From NCBI RefSeq assembly GCF_009834535.1, contig NC_045696.1:80602001-80666000 (forward strand): DNA of 64,000 bases, read 5' to 3'. Below, piece after piece: positions 11,491 to 25,490 of this stretch; position 1 is the first letter of the stretch; each line of letters opens with the position of its first letter. Position numbers and translations under genes: made by a program. A model generated the notes under the pieces. That model made no database searches. It was given only the letters and a program-made list of their open reading frames with translations, and had not been told where the DNA came from. This DNA is from Camelus ferus. Taxonomy: Eukaryota.

Positions 11491-14400
11491 TATATATCAT
11501 ATGATTATGATTATGATTACCTTACAAAACATTTTTACTCTTGCTATAAATGGTACTCCTCAAAAACCGTCATGGCCCAGACACTCCATCAGTGGTCTGA
11601 AAGGAGAGACCACATAGTAATTCAAGTAAAATGAGGAAAGAGAAAGGATGAGTACTGATAGTATGGAAGCCGGGCTTGGACCAGTCAATCACTAATTTCT
11701 TATTTCCTTCTTCCATATGCTTCCTCACTCAATCAACATAGCATCACTCCTGATACTCAAGACATAAAAGGTGAATCTCCAGGAGCCCAGAGTCCGAGTC
11801 CAGTTGGGGAAGAGATAGGTAGCTAATGACCAAACAGAAGCATCTGAAAACAGCTATGGGGGCTGTGGGATGGGTTCCAACAAGATGGGTGTTAGGAAAG
11901 GTAGAGCTAAAATCTGGGCAGTCGCCCCATGCCTGAGGGCAGAGGGGGAGCAGAGGGGGCGCTCCGGGCAGTGGGAACGCAGGCAGCCACACTGCCCGGA
12001 CAGCACGCTGACTACTGTTCCCGGAGCACGTGGGCACCGAGGCAGCGGGAGAAGATGCCCTGGACATTCTCTGCTCTCTCCAGCCTTCGGGTAATACCAC
12101 GATGCACAACCTGGAACAGGGGCAACACCACACCCTCTGTGTGGGGCTCTCTGAACAAATACTCTACCACTAATTCTCAGAGGAAGTCTCTTCAAAACAA
12201 ATGGGGTGGGGGTAGGGGGGAGCCTCTCAAATGCATTTAATAAGTAAGCACCAGGAAAAATTACTCGGATCCCAAGGTCTGAAAGAGCCTGTTCTGTATG
12301 TAGTACTAACTTCAGGACCACAAGTATCTAAGAAGATAAAAACTTCTACACACTCTTAACAGGTTTCTTAAGTCTTTTTTCCTAAGAGTGATGATGACAT
12401 TTCACTCCCCTGATACAGGGGCAAAGACTGCAACAAAATTTCATGTAAGATCCTCTTGATGTAACTGTAGTCCAATTGTAGCCCTATGATTCACAGTGTT
12501 GTCTCTTTTTTTTTTTTTTTTTTGGACATAGAAAACACTAAAAAATGTACCTCTGTTTTATGATCTTTTATATAATAGCATTAGTGTTTCATTCGTAATT
12601 GTAATAAACTAGCAACAAGAAAAGAAGAGCCCCACTCTGGTGCCTTTGTGAATGTAGAAAAGCCTCAGAGATCAGATTTACATTAAGCCAGACTAATCTG
12701 CCTCCACACCACTTTGATCCTTTTCATCAAAAAAGGTAACAAGACTTCAAAAAGCACATCAATCAGAACAAGGTGTTCTGCAATTTAGGATGCAATCCCA
12801 AAAGAACTCATGAACTAATTAAAGTACCATATAATATACATAGAAAAAATAATACTGCATGAACAATGTCTAAACAGTGGAGATTTAAAAAGAAGACAAA
12901 ATTATGAAGCAGAATCACAGTCTAAAGGACGATTCTGGTAGCTTGTGGGGGCCAGTGGGGGAGAAGACTGCTGACCAAGTTCAAGGTCTGCACAGGGAAG
13001 CACCGACCTGTAAAGAACACAAGTCTTTATGCTTTTTAAGAAAAGTGCTTCAAAAGAGCAACCTGTGTCCAGTACCCAGTCAACTAAGAGTGCAACAATC
13101 TAAATTATGAATTTTTTTCATTGTCTCCAATTTATACACCAACATCTCAAAACAGACACAAATTCCTTCTTGTGGTATGCAACTTAATGTCACTTCCCCA
13201 TGTGCTGATTTTCTTCGAAGATATAAAACTCTGTTAATGTTCTTCAAACTCACCGAGTTACTCAGTAACCACAAGAGTAACCGAAAGCAGTGTGTGAGCA
13301 GCAGCCTGTAGGTTTACGTCTTAATCTCAGCCTTGTGACCAAGCTTTACTTCAAGGCTCAGTTTGAACAGGCCCAAGATTCCCAGAGGAAAATGAGCTTT
13401 ATTTCCTGCAGCCTACAGTCACCTCTAACCTGAAGGGGCAGGAAACTTGTAATAAATTTCTCCAAAACTGTGAGCAGGCAGCAAAAGAGAGTTACCTACT
13501 TAACTACCGTGGGCAGATTATAGTATTACTCTGAATCTGTTTTCTCGTCCAGAAAATAGGAATCACATTATTCCCCTTCCAAAGTTGACATGGCGGTACA
13601 TAAGGTCATGTGTGGGACTTAAGCGTCAGTGCCCAGAAGAGCAAAGTCTGGGAACTATTGGTTAATACCATGCTCATCTGCCCAGGTCCCACCTCCCACC
13701 CATGCTTCTTCGTTACCCTATTGACCACAGAATCATGGGGAAACAGACAAAAGATGCAGTAATGCCTAGCTCCCATCGAAGATGGGCCAATCGACTAAGG
13801 AAGGCCACTAAATAACAGTTGTGGGCTAACAGCCAGTCTGTCAGATAAGCACATGCAACCCAAATGAAGCTTCTGACCCCCGTTTCCAAATCAGCTAGAG
13901 TGATCTTGGTGTGTTTTCACATCTCAGTTCTCCGTGAGTCCTCTAAATACTTAATACCAGGGGTACTAAGATTAAAAAAACAATTCTATGGACCACACAC
14001 CATACCTCTACATCACTCTCACCAGGAACAAAAGTATTCCAAATTTAGATGCCATAACTCTAAGGCAGCATTTTCTTCCCTTTACTCCCTCAGGAAAAAA
14101 AAAAAAAGAGAAAAGAAAAGGAAGGAAAAACTTTGCAAAGGGATAAAGTGGGAAGTCAGTGCTCTAATATAAACATGACAAGCCCAATTCCATCACTGCA
14201 ATATACTCTTTTGACTTCAGTACAAAAATCTTTTCTGACCATCTGGAGCTACTCCAGGCAGGAGGCCAAAACTTTGTAATTTCTTTTCAAAGTAAATGAC
14301 AGATCAGTAACTGCCACATTGCTAACGCACAGCCAAAAGGGAGCATCTCATCTCCTATTCAGTGCTCCCTGGAGTTTTACACGTGTAGTAAAAACAACGT

Positions 14401-17400
14401 GCTTCCAAAGAAATCTGCCCACTTATCAATATTCCAAACTGAAAAGCGATTGTATCACTTCTGAACAAGGCGGCGTTTTTTCAGGTGTGATCCTATCACC
14501 CTGCTTCGCAGGCAGGAGGCAGGACTTCCTGCATGTTTCACGAAAAAGGCCATTTCTAAACTAGAGCGAAATCTTTATATGTCGATTTATATTTCAGTTT
14601 GCCAGAAATAAGACATGGGAGCCCACCAGAAAATTTAGGAGTCTGTCTCCTGCAGTGACTGAGATGTCTGTAAGGTCACAACAAACTTGGGGTCACACAA
14701 CACAGAAGACAACAGGGGTGATCAGTGGTGATCTGTAATGCTAGTGGAGACAACTTTTTAAATCCCACTGACCAGCAGGATCACTTCCTTTATTCATCCA
14801 ATAAACCAAATGGAGAACCTACTATGTGCCACATACACACAGTGATGGTGAAGAAAAATCAAAGTTCTCAACATCTCTGCCAAAAATATAAATCTGAAAA
14901 GTTCAAAATCAATTTCATGTAACATGCCACTGATAGTGAGAACAATCTGAAAGCTCAGTCTTAAATCTGGTGACCCTCTTCTGGAGCACAATGAATGGAA
15001 GGATGTCAACCAGCCATGGCTATAGGCAGCCTGCAAATATTTGTTTTAAATTTATTAAATTTTAATGTAATAAAACATTTTTCCCATATTTCAAAGACAT
15101 GAAAGGTATCTCTCATATTATACTTTCCACTGGAGAACTGCCTTTAAAGTAAAACATTTTAAAACTGAACAATCAATAATTGTATCTGGTAGTAAAACTG
15201 TTTCTTACAAAGTTATAAGGAATTTTATAGATGAGCAAACAGTAACTAGCTTCTGATTACAAAGTTAAACTGCAGATAGCTTACAAATAAAAAATATAAA
15301 ATGGGTAATGATGGTTTTGCCTTTCTGATGAACAAACTTCCCTAAAGATAAATTCACAGATTCAGAATAAGAGAGCTGGAAAAGTCATTAGAGATCATCG
15401 CACCCTGATTTTACCCAGCTCATCTCTTAGAGAAACTATTCTGTTTGTCTGCCTTCAAAGCATCATGCAGTCATTACCAAAGTAATGATATCTGAGTGTC
15501 TGGAGCCCATTCCAAATGTAACCCTTGTGTCCTACACTGAGACCAGGGAAGAGATGGGCGATTGAATCAGGCACCTTCACAGAGAATTCAGACCCTGGTA
15601 AGAAAATGATGGCAGAAAACTTAGAGCAGATTCTTCAGCTCTAAGGAATGCATAAGAAGGATTCTTTGTCCCTAGTCTTTTGGAACGGGAGAAGAAGTGA
15701 ATGCTGACAGAATTACCTTTCCCCAAGGGTTTAAGAGGCTCAAGTGGAAATTCCAAGGCAAGTATCACCATCAAAGGAAATTGCTAGAAGGAATGAAGTA
15801 GGAGAGGGCATTAACTGCAAGGTTCTAAACAAGAGGAAAATGTACAAGGAAAGGCAGAACTTACTGAAGACACTGTGATTTTGAGGTCAAGGGGATGATT
15901 TGGTAAACAGGAAAAAGCACTATAAGAAAAGAACAAGTTTTAAGGAAGTATGGAACATTTGAAAAAAAATGGGGAAAATACACAAAAATCAAGACTTGCT
16001 TCCAAAGTATTTAACAAGAAAGAAAGAGAGCAAAAGATACAAGCAAACAAGGAATGGCAATGGGTCATTCAAAAGAGGAATCTTCATTAGCTCTGAGAGT
16101 AAATATGATTTTGCGGCAGTGGCTCATGTATCAAAATTCCACTTGTTTCAAAGGAGTCACAGACAGCTTGCGTATTAAGGAGGGAGACTGTTTTCTGACT
16201 CTGCCTAAATTCATTTAATTCTTCATTCATTCTTCTCTCAGTTTGACCTCTATTAGTTATTCTCTTACTTAAGATTTTATTTTCTCTCAGTGATACACAG
16301 GCTTCAGGAAATAATTAACGCAAGCCAAAATGAGAGGTGGATGAATAAATGAATGAACAGTCAGTCAAAGGCAGAAGAGTACTTAGAAATACTATACTTA
16401 AATCAGCTCTGCTCAAATTGCAAAATACTAATCATAAAGCTTAAAGAATCATCAAATGGTGATAGAGAAAAATTTCACTTTTAGGATGCAGAAAAGTAGA
16501 CGACTGGGGTAGTAAGGTGATAGCCAAGGGGCTGGGAGAAGAAAGCAACTTGCCAACCACAGAAAAGAAGAACAAACTTACAACAGCCTGCAAGGGAGGA
16601 TGGGGGAGAGAGAGCAGAGGCTGACCCTCCCTGGTAGTGCCGGCAGGGCACCAGCTTCAGGACAGCTCCTCTACTGCATGCATAAGAAACTGTTAAGAGG
16701 GAAGTAAAACCTCACAGACTTAACGTCACTACCAGCATGATGATCTCCTGCAACCACTTTTCTCAGTATCCCTAAACAAGCAGCCATTCTGTAAGTAAAA
16801 CAAATCATGATTTTGGGTAACAGGCCCCCAGTAACCTGGTTCATGCATCGTGTGTAAGTTTGTGGATCCAAATGGTTAATTCTGCAACAACAACAAAAAA
16901 AGATCAGAGACCTCTCTGGTTCCTTGCTCCGACTTAGTTAAGATTGTGTAACTTGTACAAACATAACCATTTCCTGTCCACTGAACAAAGTAATTAATGG
17001 ACTGGGCACAGTTTCTGAGATGATTTAAGGGAAGAAATCAACCTAGCCATGTCTCAGTGCAGTTCATTCTAAAGAAACAAGAGACAGGAAAATATAGATT
17101 ATCATTACTTTGTTGAATAGCAGTCATTCTTTATGTAACTTTCCTCCCACAAACTGACTATACATGGCACCCTGGGAAAGGAATTTGCTACAAAATGACC
17201 CTAAGACAATGTATCTACCATCCATCCATACCTTCAATTCATTACTAAAAAGTAATGTGCAGACTGCCACTTTGGAAGGAAAAATAAAAACTGGTAAAGC
17301 TTTATGACTTTAGATGCATCCAGCATTTATATAAGATGGACTCTACAGAAGAAGTACCAAAAAGAAAAAAAAAAAAAAAAAAAAAAAAGGAAGGAGAAAG

Positions 17401-20400
17401 GGAAGGAGGAAGAAAAGCAATCTTGGCTCCCAGACTTCCCAGGGCTGGTTCCAAGGCCTCACAAGGTCCAGGGACACTGCCCTCATTTCCCGTCCAATGA
17501 CTCCAACCTTTTTTTGCTTAAGCTAGTTTGAATGTATTACTTGCAAAACAAATAGTTCTTCACTATTACCAAACACCAACAATCTTTTCGATCTTCACTT
17601 ATTTTCAGGCATCTGTTATTTTAAATTAAAAGTTCCATATTTCTTCCAAGAATTAGAAGAGCTTTAAAATTAAAAGCAAACAAGTTTTCCTGTGGTTCAA
17701 ACACATGGTATCTCAGTGTCAAAACAACATTATGTCTTGCTCCATTATTAAGTTATTTATTCAAATAAACTTATGGAACATTTATTGTTTGTTACTATAG
17801 AAAGAGAAAAGGAAAGACGTGGTCCCCGCCCTGAAGTTAGTTCTATAAAAGTGGAGAAGACAAATAGGAATTAGCAGTCTCCCTGTTCCATTCCTTGCTA
17901 CACCTTTACAGTTAGACAAATACCAGCTCTGACTGAACTGAAGGCTCCCTAAGATTCAGGTTCTGCAGCCTATCAGTCCCTACCGTCTCCTGGTTCTAAA
18001 GGAGAAATGAAAAGTGTGGAGTGGGCCGCTAGGGTTTTCTCCCACCACGGTGGGGAATCAGCCTCATCACCTGGTGGATACAGTAGAAAGCCTGGGCATG
18101 TATCCAACTCATAAAATGCCTTATCCTCTGCCAGTCCTCCACCGCTACCAATTCTCCTCCTCCAAATTCCACCCACAACTGTGAACATACCACTAGGACC
18201 CCCCACCCAAGGGCAAGGGGACTGACTGGCATCTAAAAGAAGAATTTTATCATTTCCAATTAAAATCTACCATCTTCCAATACTTTTTCAGAGGTTCAAT
18301 ACAAGGTTAAGTCATGAGAATCCTGAGAGAACATTAGAGAATTGGTGTCAACTGGATCTCTATGAGGGGTTCACTGTTCACTATGAGAGTCCTCTCTTCA
18401 TGATGGAAGAACATTCTGCAAAAAACAAGTTTTTAATAAACACCAGTCAACTGAGGCCCAGGCCCTCTCACAGCTAACAGGAACTGACTACCTGGCTAAA
18501 TACTCACATTCTTACAAATTTTTACAAATATGTATCCCTTAAAGCTGAAGGCTGGAAGATTTAGGTCAAAAGATGCCTAATTGGTTTGAAACATTTCAAA
18601 ATGAAGGCTCTCACTAACCAGATCATTCAAAAAAACAACACAAGGAAGAAGTGATACGTGCCCTCTATGTATCTACAAGTTTTAATTCACTGGACTATAG
18701 ATAAACATCCTTATACGCAATCATCTGGTCAGCATCCTGGAAGAAGTATCATTATGGTAAAGGTTAGGCAAGTTTATACAGGCTATCAGGTGTAATGTTC
18801 TCAATGATTACTTTTCCATGGCAAAACATGATTTGCGTTACTGACTTAGAAAAATAAATAATAACGCCTAACTTGTATCTTTGCACTGATTTCTTGCCAA
18901 ACTTAAATAGACCAGATGTATTTCAAATAGGATGGCCAATCGGTAACAGATTTCAGCCAGTTAATAATCCATACAAACATTTAAACCTAAATTTCCAATC
19001 AAGCAAACAATTTTTTTTTAGATCAAACCATTTGACTCCCAGTATCACATGAAATTTTCCAAAGCCCTTTAACTATTTTTGTGTGTTAGTTTCAAATTCC
19101 CCACACCATAGGGTACAATTAGTGTCAGGAGTCTTGAGGAGGAACAGTTTCAGAGGTGTCCAAAAAAAAAAAAAAAAACCCCTACAGAAAAGGTTACTAG
19201 AAAGTACCATTTCATTTATAACTGAAAAATAAATTTGTATTTTAAAATGTCCCCCCAAATATGTACTATGTCATGTGCTATCACCAAAATATATTTTACA
19301 AAACACACACATAATTGTAATACTACAGTTGTTACAAAAAATACTACTACAAGAATCCCATGCTTTGCTTCTTCTTGTCGGTACTTATGGTGACAAATAA
19401 ATGAGGGAAATAAGCATTATGAAAACTGCTCACATTGATAACAACCAGAAGCAAAATGTCAGAGGCAAAATGGTCACCACTATAGGCACACTACTAAAGG
19501 TTTTAAGAATTAAGACAAAGAGAAAGGACAATAGTCATAAAAACTCCATGGTTCACTGTTCTTTGCTACAAAGTCTTAGAAACCCCTTTTCAATGTATCA
19601 TTTCAGGAAACAAAGAAAAAGCTCTAAGTGTATCGTCAATGCAAAATGAATACAACGACCTGAAGTAAAGGTGCTAACACAAGAGGTCCTGTTCAGTAAG
19701 AATTACAGATCCATTAAAATATAATAGTTTCTTTTACCTCCTGTGGACACAAAGACAAACACCTGCTTCTTCTCGCGCTGGCCACGCCTATGACTTTAAG
19801 CAAGCCCCTTCAACTTAAGACCCGCCTCTCATGGGAAAATCTGATATTGTCTTAGAAGAATGAATTATATACCAGCTGTGAATCTGTAACAGAACATCCC
19901 AAAAAATCAAACATCAAAATGGCAATCAAGATCTTTTGACTTACTTAAAAACGTAAAGATGTAGGAGGGATATCAACTTGCTAAAAGAAAATCATTTTTT
20001 AAAAGATCTCATTCTTAAGCAAAGGACACAGAATAATGGAAACCAAGTAAGCATGAGATTAGGAAACATAACTCTGAAAGGCAGTATGATTACAATTGGC
20101 AAGCACAGGCTCACATATTTTCTCTGTAACATTAATATCAATTTTTTCTTCTTGCTATCAAAACTGCAAGGTAATTGATTGCCCTAATGAATATATAAAT
20201 TTCAAGATGAATGCTGTTTTTGAAAAGCAAACTAATCTTCTAAAAAACAAAACAACAACAACAAAAAAAAAAAACAACCTTGTGACAAAGCCTTTCTTCA
20301 AGCAAATTTCCAGCAGCCAGTGGAATATGTGAGAAACTGAGCACTCGGCAAACATACGATAAAAAGTCCAGAACTGAGCCAGTTCTGACAATATTCAGAA

Positions 20401-23400
20401 AGGTTTTCTACACACATAACTTGCATTTAAGTTCATTCATGATTTCAAATGTGAATAAGGGCCTAATGTTCCTATAATAGAGATTGAGAACAAGTTTTCT
20501 CAAATGACACTGTTTTTATTCCAGCCCAAAAATCAACCTCTATGCAGCACTGTGATTTTTTTTTTTTTTTAACTCCCAGCAAGTTCAAAAATTAAATTTT
20601 CTTCATTTCCAGCCAGGGGCCACTGAAACAAATCTAATGGGTGTAGACAGCATTTCCTGCCTACTGCAAGAAAATAATAGGATTGCCACTATTAACATGG
20701 CCCCAGGCGCTCAGTGAGGTGGGGCAGTGAAGAAACTGACCTTTAATTTTCATCAGTCAGCCTGCAATGACTGCTTTATTTTTGTTTTTGTTTTGTTTTT
20801 TTAAAAGGTGAATGTTGTTTTTTTCTCCAACATGAAGGTCTAACACTGGCTCATTCACTCTCACGGAGCAACACAGGCTCCAATCCCTATTATCCTTTCC
20901 ATTCAACTGTGTTTATGTCTAGAACAACCCTGCCAGTAAACAACCAGCTAGAATTCAGTTTTGTTTTTCTTCTCTTACTTTTTTGGAGCTCGGCTTCCAA
21001 TTTACAAGAAGCCGGTGAGACTTAGGCACCGCCAAAGCAGAGAAAACTCTTTTAGTCATTGACACCTCTGCCAAACATTCTATGTTATTCTAAAGAAATG
21101 AGCATCCGAACAACAACGAGCCGCGAAGGTGGCTGAGACTTCTAGACCCACTTCAAGGTCTCGGCCTGCAGTGCGCTGCTCCCCAGCAGTGGTGTCTTCA
21201 GACTGTTACAGAGGTGAAGAACACTGTCCGAGGTGGTGACCCAGAGATGAAAGGCAGGTCCTGGGAGCCCCATGGTTTCACCCACTAACATCAGGCCCGA
21301 CCTCCTGTCCTAAAAAGTTAGAACAACATCCACAAAAAAGAGAGGGAATGGGAGGGAGTGACTCTCCTTTATTACAACTCTCCTTTGATCCTAGATTTTA
21401 GGATAGGAAGTAGAGCTTAAAAAGGGACCATCTCTCTTTCAGGAGGCAGGGAAGAAGAAAAATGTTGGTAGAAGTAGCACTTGTTTAATTAAATACTTCT
21501 TGGCATTCAGACCTGCTTTTCCACCCCCCTCAAAGTGCTTCTTACATATATTATATTTCACTTTATGCCCACATTACTTTACTAGGGTAAACAGCTCAAA
21601 TATGACTTTGGAGGGGAGCTACAAAGCCGTCACTTGGCCAAGAACACGCAAGGAGTCAGTGGCAAGGCCAAGACAAAACTGATGGTTAGTATTCATATAC
21701 ACTTTCAGAGTAATTGGGAAATGTCTTTAGATAACTACCATTCCATTAAGAAATGTGTCCAACAATTAAATCTGCCTGTAGTCAGTGAATAGAGTAATAA
21801 AACAGCAACTATCACTTGCTAAGCACTTGACAAAGCACCATATGGAGCCAAACAGTCCTAACAATTCCTTTTAACTGAGTCACTGAGATTCAGTAGCTTA
21901 ACCAAAGTCAGAGAAATCTGCAGTGGGGTCTCAAACGCAGGGCTCAGCTGCCAGAGCACATGGGCTCAATCAGCCCACTATAAATGATGACAAAGGATTT
22001 ACCTTCTTACCAAAAATACTAGTTCCAAGTTAAGTGAGTAGTTTCCCATGATCCCCAAATACGAAAACTGTAAGTGATAATCTGCTATTGTTTACAGATG
22101 GGGACTAAAGAATTCCCAAGCAGCATGGTTTCTCCAAAGAGATGTTTCCTTTTAATCTAAACTATCTTGCAATTAAACTATCTAGAAAAATCATTCTATG
22201 AGTTTTCATGAAAAATGATATAAAAGTTATTTCTTGGCCAAATTGACAGTTATTGAAGATACACAAAAACAGCAATTTGTGTTTAAAACACTTTTAAAAA
22301 GAAGTTCTTCATTAACCTGCCAAGCAGAACATCTGACAGCAGACTAGAATTGCCCCTCTACTGAACTCACAGATGACTCAGTGGAAACTAGAATTTGGAA
22401 AACGTTATCATCCCACATAAAACATAATAGGAACAAACTCGCTCACCTTCATTGGAACTACATCCTTCCCAAACCCTGGCCTGCTCCCCTCCACTCCCTC
22501 CTACAACCCCCGCTCCTCACAAAAGCAAGGAAGGAACACTTGCAGAACTAGGTTAATGGCAATCACTTGGGGCTCAAAGTTACTCCAAACGAAATAAAGC
22601 TAAGGTAATCTAGTGGAGAAGTTTATTAGTATCCTCAGTTCTTTCTCTTTTTAGCCAACTATTATGCCCTAATGGGTTTGAACTCCTAAGGAAACTGAAC
22701 TAAGAGAATTGGAAAGTAAAACATAAATCAGAAGTGACATTGTTTCCATGTTTAAATTTAATATGACAAGCAAATGGCAAAACCTAAAAAGCTATGCTTT
22801 TAAATTACTCAGATTGTCGCAGGTTTCATTCAGATCCGGGAAAGCTACTACACAGTAACCACACAGCAAGATTAGAATATGTCAAAATCAAATAACCCTG
22901 GCAATAGCTATGTTTCTTCATTAATAAAGAAATTTTATGGTAAATTAAAGATATCCATTGCTAATTAAAGCCTGAAGTAAAATCCAAGCTTTAAAAATTG
23001 CTATCCATTTCTTCTCCCTCCTCCATCTCTCTTCAAAAAAAAAAAAAAAACGACAACAGGTAGATTGAGTCTGAAACGTCTGTGGGGAAGTAAGGTGAAG
23101 ACCATCTGCAGTTGACTGACTAGGTCTAAAACTCAGGGGCACAGCTAGGGCTTTGGGAATTATCGCTCTTTACTTGTGGTACAACAAGGATACCCACTTC
23201 CAGTGTTTTCATGCACTAAGAATAAATAGTGAAAAATGTTCATTAAAGAGATAAATAATTTTTAAAGGACAGCATTTTAAAAACTGAACTTAATTCCCTT
23301 CTAGGAGGCTCAATGCTACTGATTTTATAATTTCCTTGAAGATGAGTGTACACAGGGACAATTTCAGTCTCTCTTACCTGAAATTAAGTAAGTAAATCCC

Positions 23401-25347
23401 CACCTTCAGGTGAAGGTGATGAAAGTATGTGAAGGGTCAGACAGAAGAGGGTCCAAGCAATTTAAAATCAACACATAAAATGCCCAAATCCTAAAACTAA
23501 AACATACTCCTTTTTCGTAGAACTGCTTACATCTTAAGGTATAAAACAGCTGTTTTCCAATTAAGTTACTCTTAAAAGTTAGTTTGACCCTGTGGTGCTC
23601 TGTGTCATGAGGATCAAACCACAGAGAAGGAAAGCTGGGTGACCGGCCGAAGGCTTCCCGGCCCCCAGCTGCACCCAGCGGAGGGCAGCCCAGCACGGGG
23701 GAGCACTTCTCTGTGGTGCCACCCATTGTGAACGTTTCACCATTTATAGCCTCCCTTCTGGGCAGAAGTTTTGAGAAACAAGAGAAAGTTGTTCTAACAG
23801 TCCTCACCATCCCGTGGAAACACAATCCCCAGAGAAGCACACAGCTCCTTCTGGCCCACGAGCAGCATTTCTGTGAAGCGGCAAGAAGCAGTTTCAGGGA
23901 ACATCACCTTGGGCGCTGCATCTTCATTAGGCTCTTCATCCACACCGCCCCCAACACAAACACAGGAGAAAGCATGTCAGGTCCGACTTCAAAGCCTTGT
24001 CCTTAACTCACCTTTGGTGAACTCACTTTCTAAAGATGGAGTGGGGAGCTCAATGATTTCTAACAAAGGAAGCATTTAGGGCTGCCAGCTCCCCAGGCCG
24101 TCTCGACCGTCTGGGAAAGCACAGGGCTCCTCGGAATCCTGAGGTCACCTTTTATTCACCACGGGGGCTGCTCTTTGCAGAGACGAGGCATGCTCCAGTC
24201 AGTTCTGGGCTCGTCCCATCCCTGTGGCTGCCTTCGGTGCAACCCAAACACCACAAACTGTTAGCCTTGCAAGGACAGAGAGGGTTAGTATTAGGAATGC
24301 GGAGGCCTTGCTTTTCCAGGTGCAAATTATAAGTACAGGATCTTACTCTATATAAATTAACTCAAATGAAAGGCACTGAAGAGAGGGAATGTGAGATGAA
24401 CAAAACTGTACTGCCCCTGAGTGAAAAGGGCTCTCTTTCATAAAATTCCTCAAATGTCTGAGTCATGTTTCACGACCATTTCTTAACCAACTTCTCTAGA
24501 TTTTTCCCATTCACTATACTGAGTTTCTTATACATTACTTTCTATGAAGTATACTTTTATTCTCTGGTTTCTCTCATTCCAAGGTTAAGGTGCTATTACA
24601 GAAAACAATCTAGGAAAATCTCCATCTTTGGAGATGTCCAGAATATTATTATTGTTTCAAAAATAAATTTTAGGTTTCTGGACCACAGACAGGTTGAATA
24701 CATGGGTGGCATTCAACTAATACTTAGTCTTAGCATCTGGCTGCCTGGGAACACAGACACTGTCCCAAGTCTGGAGATACAAATAAGACATTTAATGTGA
24801 ACTATTAAAGAAGCAGTGTCATATAGCTGGAAAAAGAAGTTCTGGGATCAGTTTAGGTGATCTTTTCAACACTTTTGAGCATGTCTTCTAATCTTAGTTT
24901 ACTCAACAAACATTTACAGGGCACCGGGTATGTTCTGCCTTCGGCGGTGGATACTGGAAACATATAGGAAAACAAATACCATCTACCTTTCATAATTTAA
25001 TGAACATGGAATATATACACATATATACACACATACACATAAGTGCCTGGCACAGGGTATGTGATCGAGAATTGCTGGTCACTATTGTATTTTACATCCA
25101 ATTTGTAGTCAGTGTTTGGAAGTAGTGCTCAAATGACAAGGGTCCTCGTTTCCATGTAAAACTGCCAAGGGCTGGTTATCGTTTTACCCCAAAGCATGTG
25201 ATGATAAAACCCTTCTGAGGAACTCTTCAATTCTAATTGGAATCCTCTCTCTGGTGTCCTAAGTGCTCCGCCCACCTCTCTTCATTGCAGCCATCAGGTC
25301 AAACACCTTAAAAGGATAAATTACCAAGAGGGCTGAGTCCCCAATCC

Positions 25348-25490
25348 TGGGTTTCCCAAACTTGACTGATCATATCATTCACCTGGAACGCTTGATAAGG
25401 ATTTCCAGATCCCACCCCAGACATAATGAATAAGAATGGGTGCACCCCCCCAAATCCACACATTAGCCCTATAATCCTCCAGAAGATTCT
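25348..25490. mobile_element. MER5-like hAT remnant
   Basis: GTTTCCCAAACTTGACTGATCATATCATTCACCTGGAA...CCCACCCCAGAC. Confidence 0.45.
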
